Origin: Alphaproteobacteria bacterium
Lineage (GTDB): Bacteria > Pseudomonadota > Alphaproteobacteria > Micavibrionales > UBA2020
Direction of reading: 5' to 3'
Length of the DNA: 64,000 nucleotides
NCBI GenBank assembly: GCA_016794125.1
Contig: JAEUKT010000004.1
Coordinates: forward strand, 133,460 to 197,459
The translations under genes were made by a program, and so were the position numbers. Below are positions 61,490 through 64,000 of the stretch, one piece after another (position 1 is the first letter of the stretch; every line of letters begins with the position of its first letter). The notes beneath the pieces were generated by a model that was given only the letters and a program-made list of their open reading frames with translations, searched no databases and had not been told where the DNA came from.

Positions 61490-63700
61490 ATGCTTTTCCG
61501 CATACTGACGCAGCGGTGGATACAGGTTTTGCTGTTGCTCCTGCTGCTGGCGGGTGCGCTGGTGCTGCGGTTCAAGGATCCGCGCGCGGTCGAACAGCTG
61601 CGCAACATGATATTCGATCACTACAACAACGCCCTGCCGCGCAAGGCCGGCAACCAGGTCGTCATCATTGACATTGACGAGGAATCGCTGCGCCGTCATG
61701 GGCAATGGCCGTGGCCGAGACAGCTGATGGGTGATATCCCTGTCGCGCTGGCGGAAATGGGCGCGTTATCGACGGCGTTCGACGTGGTCTTTGCCGAACC
61801 CGACCGCACGTCGCCCGCCGTGATGGCAAACAACCTGCCCGCCACGCCTGAGCTGAAACCAGTCGTCGATGCGCTGCGCGCGCTGCCCGACAACGATGCT
61901 GTCTTCGCCGAAAAAATATCACGCGCCGGAAATGTGGTGATGGGTTTCGTGGCGGGCGAACCGGTCGCGGGGCGCGATCCGGCGTTGAAAGCGTCGCTGA
62001 TGACAAAAGGCGGCAATCCCGCCGATTTCGTGACTTCCGTGCATGGATTTACCACGCCGCTGCCTGTGCTGTCGGATGTGGCCGCGGGCTCGGGCGGTTT
62101 CATGGTGCTGCCCGGCAAGGACGGCGTGATCCGCCGCGTGCCGATGTTGATGGCCACGCATAAGGAAGGTACGCGGGATGTTTATCCGTCACTGGCGCTG
62201 GAGGCCGTGCGTGTCGCTACTATGCGGCCTTTCTTCAGGATATTGACCGATGAAAAACTCGGCATTCAGGAATTATCGACGGGCGAATACAAGGTGCCCG
62301 TCGATGAACATGGTAATCTGTGGGTTTATTACACCGGCCATCGCAAAGAAATTTATATCCCCGCCTGGAAGGTGCTGGCGCGGCAGGTCGATCCTGCGTT
62401 GATCAAGGATAAAATCGCTTTTGTCGGCACATCCGCGCCCGGGCTGCTCGACCTGCGCGCCTCGCCGCTCGACCGCGTGCTGCCCGGGGTGGAGGTGCAT
62501 GCGGAAATCGCCGAGCAGATATTGAATAACCAATACCTGATGCGCCCTAACTGGCTGGAAGGTGCCGAGCTTCTGACGATTACGGGTATCGGCATCTTTA
62601 TCATCTTCCTGTCGCCGTTCATCGGCACCGGCGCGCTGGCGCTGTTTTGCGGGGTGCTGGGGACGGGCGGATATTTCGGGGGGCTTTACGCGTACCAAAA
62701 TTACGGGCTGCTTCTCGATCCCGTCTATCCGATGCTTTCGATTACCGTGATATTTATCGTGTCGTCCATCCTGACGAATTTGCGGTCGGAGGCTGAGAAG
62801 CGCGCGATCCGCGATGCCTTCGGGCATTACATCTCGCCCGAATTGCTGGAGGAGCTGACTGAAGACCCGACCAAGCTTAAGCTGGGCGGGGAGGTCCGCG
62901 AATTGTCGGTCATGTTCACGGATATCCGCAACTTCACGACCATCTCCGAAAGCATGGAGCCGGGCGAGCTAATCCGCATGATGAACGACTTCCTGACCCC
63001 CATGACATCGGCGGTGCTGGAAAACCGCGGAACGGTCGATAAATATATGGGCGACGCCATGATGACCTTTTGGAACGCGCCCGTCGATGATCCGCATCAC
63101 GCGATGAATGCCTGCAAAGCGGCGTTGGAAATGGTGTCGGCGCTGAAACCCGTCAACGACATGCTGCAGGCGCGCGCGGTTGCCGCGGGGCGCGTGTTTC
63201 ATGAACTGAAGGCCGGCATCGGCATCAACAGCGGCCGCGCATCGGTGGGCAATATGGGCTCGAAACAGCGCTTTGCCTATTCCGCGCTGGGCGACACCGT
63301 CAACCTTGCATCCCGTATGGAGGGGCAAACCAAGGCCTATGGTGTTTCGGTGATGATTTCCGATGAAACGCGGCGGCAGGCGGGCGAATTCGCGGTGCTG
63401 GAGCTTGACCTGTTGACCGTCAAGGGCAGGAGCGAGCCGGAGCGCGTCTTCGCGCTGCTGGGATCGCCGGAGGAAGCAAAGGGCGCGGCCTTCCGCGACC
63501 TGCGCCTGAAACATAACGACATGCTGGCCGCCTATCGCGCCCGCAACTGGGATGCGGCAGACGATATGTGCGCAGCATGCAAATCGCTGCGCCCCGACAT
63601 GGCCGGATTTTACCAGCTTTACCAAACGCGCATTGCGGCATATCGCGTCAATCCGCCGCCCGCAGGCTGGGACGGCGTTTATGTCGCCAAGGACAAATGA
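61490..63700 (+). CDS. CHASE2 sensor - class III adenylate/guanylate cyclase
   Basis: Periplasmic CHASE2 region and TM cluster, then ELSVMFTDIRNFTTISE ... DKYMGDAMMTFWNAP ... GIGINSGRASVGNMGS. Start trimmed to MLFRIL. Confidence 0.85.
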   Translation: MLFRILTQRWIQVLLLLLLLAGALVLRFKDPRAVEQLRNMIFDHYNNALPRKAGNQVVIIDIDEESLRRHGQWPWPRQLMGDIPVALAEMGALSTAFDVVFAEPDRTSPAVMANNLPATPELKPVVDALRALPDNDAVFAEKISRAGNVVMGFVAGEPVAGRDPALKASLMTKGGNPADFVTSVHGFTTPLPVLSDVAAGSGGFMVLPGKDGVIRRVPMLMATHKEGTRDVYPSLALEAVRVATMRPFFRILTDEKLGIQELSTGEYKVPVDEHGNLWVYYTGHRKEIYIPAWKVLARQVDPALIKDKIAFVGTSAPGLLDLRASPLDRVLPGVEVHAEIAEQILNNQYLMRPNWLEGAELLTITGIGIFIIFLSPFIGTGALALFCGVLGTGGYFGGLYAYQNYGLLLDPVYPMLSITVIFIVSSILTNLRSEAEKRAIRDAFGHYISPELLEELTEDPTKLKLGGEVRELSVMFTDIRNFTTISESMEPGELIRMMNDFLTPMTSAVLENRGTVDKYMGDAMMTFWNAPVDDPHHAMNACKAALEMVSALKPVNDMLQARAVAAGRVFHELKAGIGINSGRASVGNMGSKQRFAYSALGDTVNLASRMEGQTKAYGVSVMISDETRRQAGEFAVLELDLLTVKGRSEPERVFALLGSPEEAKGAAFRDLRLKHNDMLAAYRARNWDAADDMCAACKSLRPDMAGFYQLYQTRIAAYRVNPPPAGWDGVYVAKDK

Positions 63701-63701
63701 T

Positions 63702-64000
63702 CTAGAAGCTGGGCGGCTGCCATTCCTGCAGGAATTTCGTCGCATCGTCGATAGGCAGAGGCTTGGAGAAGAAGAAACCCTGCACCCATTCAACGCCAAG
63801 CTCGCGCACGATCCGCGCCTCGCTTGCCGTTTCCACGCCTTCCGCGATGATTTTCATGTTCAATCCGCGTGCAAGGCCGATGATGGATTTCACCAATACA
63901 AGGCTTGCCGGATGCGTCGTCATAGCGCGGATAAAGCTCTGGTCGATCTTGAGCGTGTCGATCGGGAAGAAGTGCAGGTAGGACAGGGAGCTGTAACCCG
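63702..64000 (-). CDS. EAL-domain (c-di-GMP phosphodiesterase) protein, C-terminal part only
   Basis: SLSYLHFFPIDTLKIDQSFI ... KIIAEGVET ... GVEWVQGFFFSKP. The gene continues beyond the window. Confidence 0.8.
   Translation of the reverse strand, partial: GYSSLSYLHFFPIDTLKIDQSFIRAMTTHPASLVLVKSIIGLARGLNMKIIAEGVETASEARIVRELGVEWVQGFFFSKPLPIDDATKFLQEWQPPSF

Overview
High-GC alphaproteobacterial chromosome segment; the lineage call rests on the signature genes ctrA, chpT, flbD, fliX, flbT and flaF. Layout: (i) 0-4 kb: rpsU and a tandem array of three paralogous ankyrin-repeat genes that share an unrecognised C-terminal module. (ii) 4-10.6 kb: housekeeping genes (membrane protein, aminopeptidase P, RlmM-like methyltransferase, phosphomannomutase, ChpT). 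(iii) 10.8-15.6 kb: a fourth ankyrin gene, then cheA-cheW-cheY-cheB ending in a decayed cheR remnant. (iv) 15.6-43 kb: ctrA and a large flagellar regulon. It comprises fliI-fliJ, fliF-fliG-fliH-fliN-flbD-flhA-flhF-flhG plus a Pro-rich FliK-like gene, flaG, flaF-flbT, flagellin, two TPR-sulfotransferase genes, flgE-flgD-fliK, flgI-flgJ-like-flbY-like, fliX and dksA. Readable sigma-54 promoters, CtrA boxes and a recurring 13-bp palindrome sit in this block. (v) 43.6-51.3 kb: the best candidate for a new system, an uncharacterised four-gene operon. It encodes a 1055-aa MIDAS/vWA protein with a ~300-aa polyampholyte spacer, an 878-aa AAA+ (MoxR/AAA_5-like) ATPase, a small protein and a 499-aa internally repetitive protein. 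A perfect CtrA box lies just upstream. (vi) 51.3-64 kb: cysQ, zauP-like/zapA/6S RNA/5-FCL ligase, ymdB, DUF192, tRNA-Pro, NDUFS4-like, hicBA, tRNA-Arg, asparaginase, an MBOAT pair, a CHASE2 cyclase and a partial EAL gene. I saw no CRISPR array, rRNA, transposase or integrase. Many long ORFs in the track are antisense shadows of real genes, as expected in high-GC DNA. All family assignments come from reading motifs by eye, not from searches.
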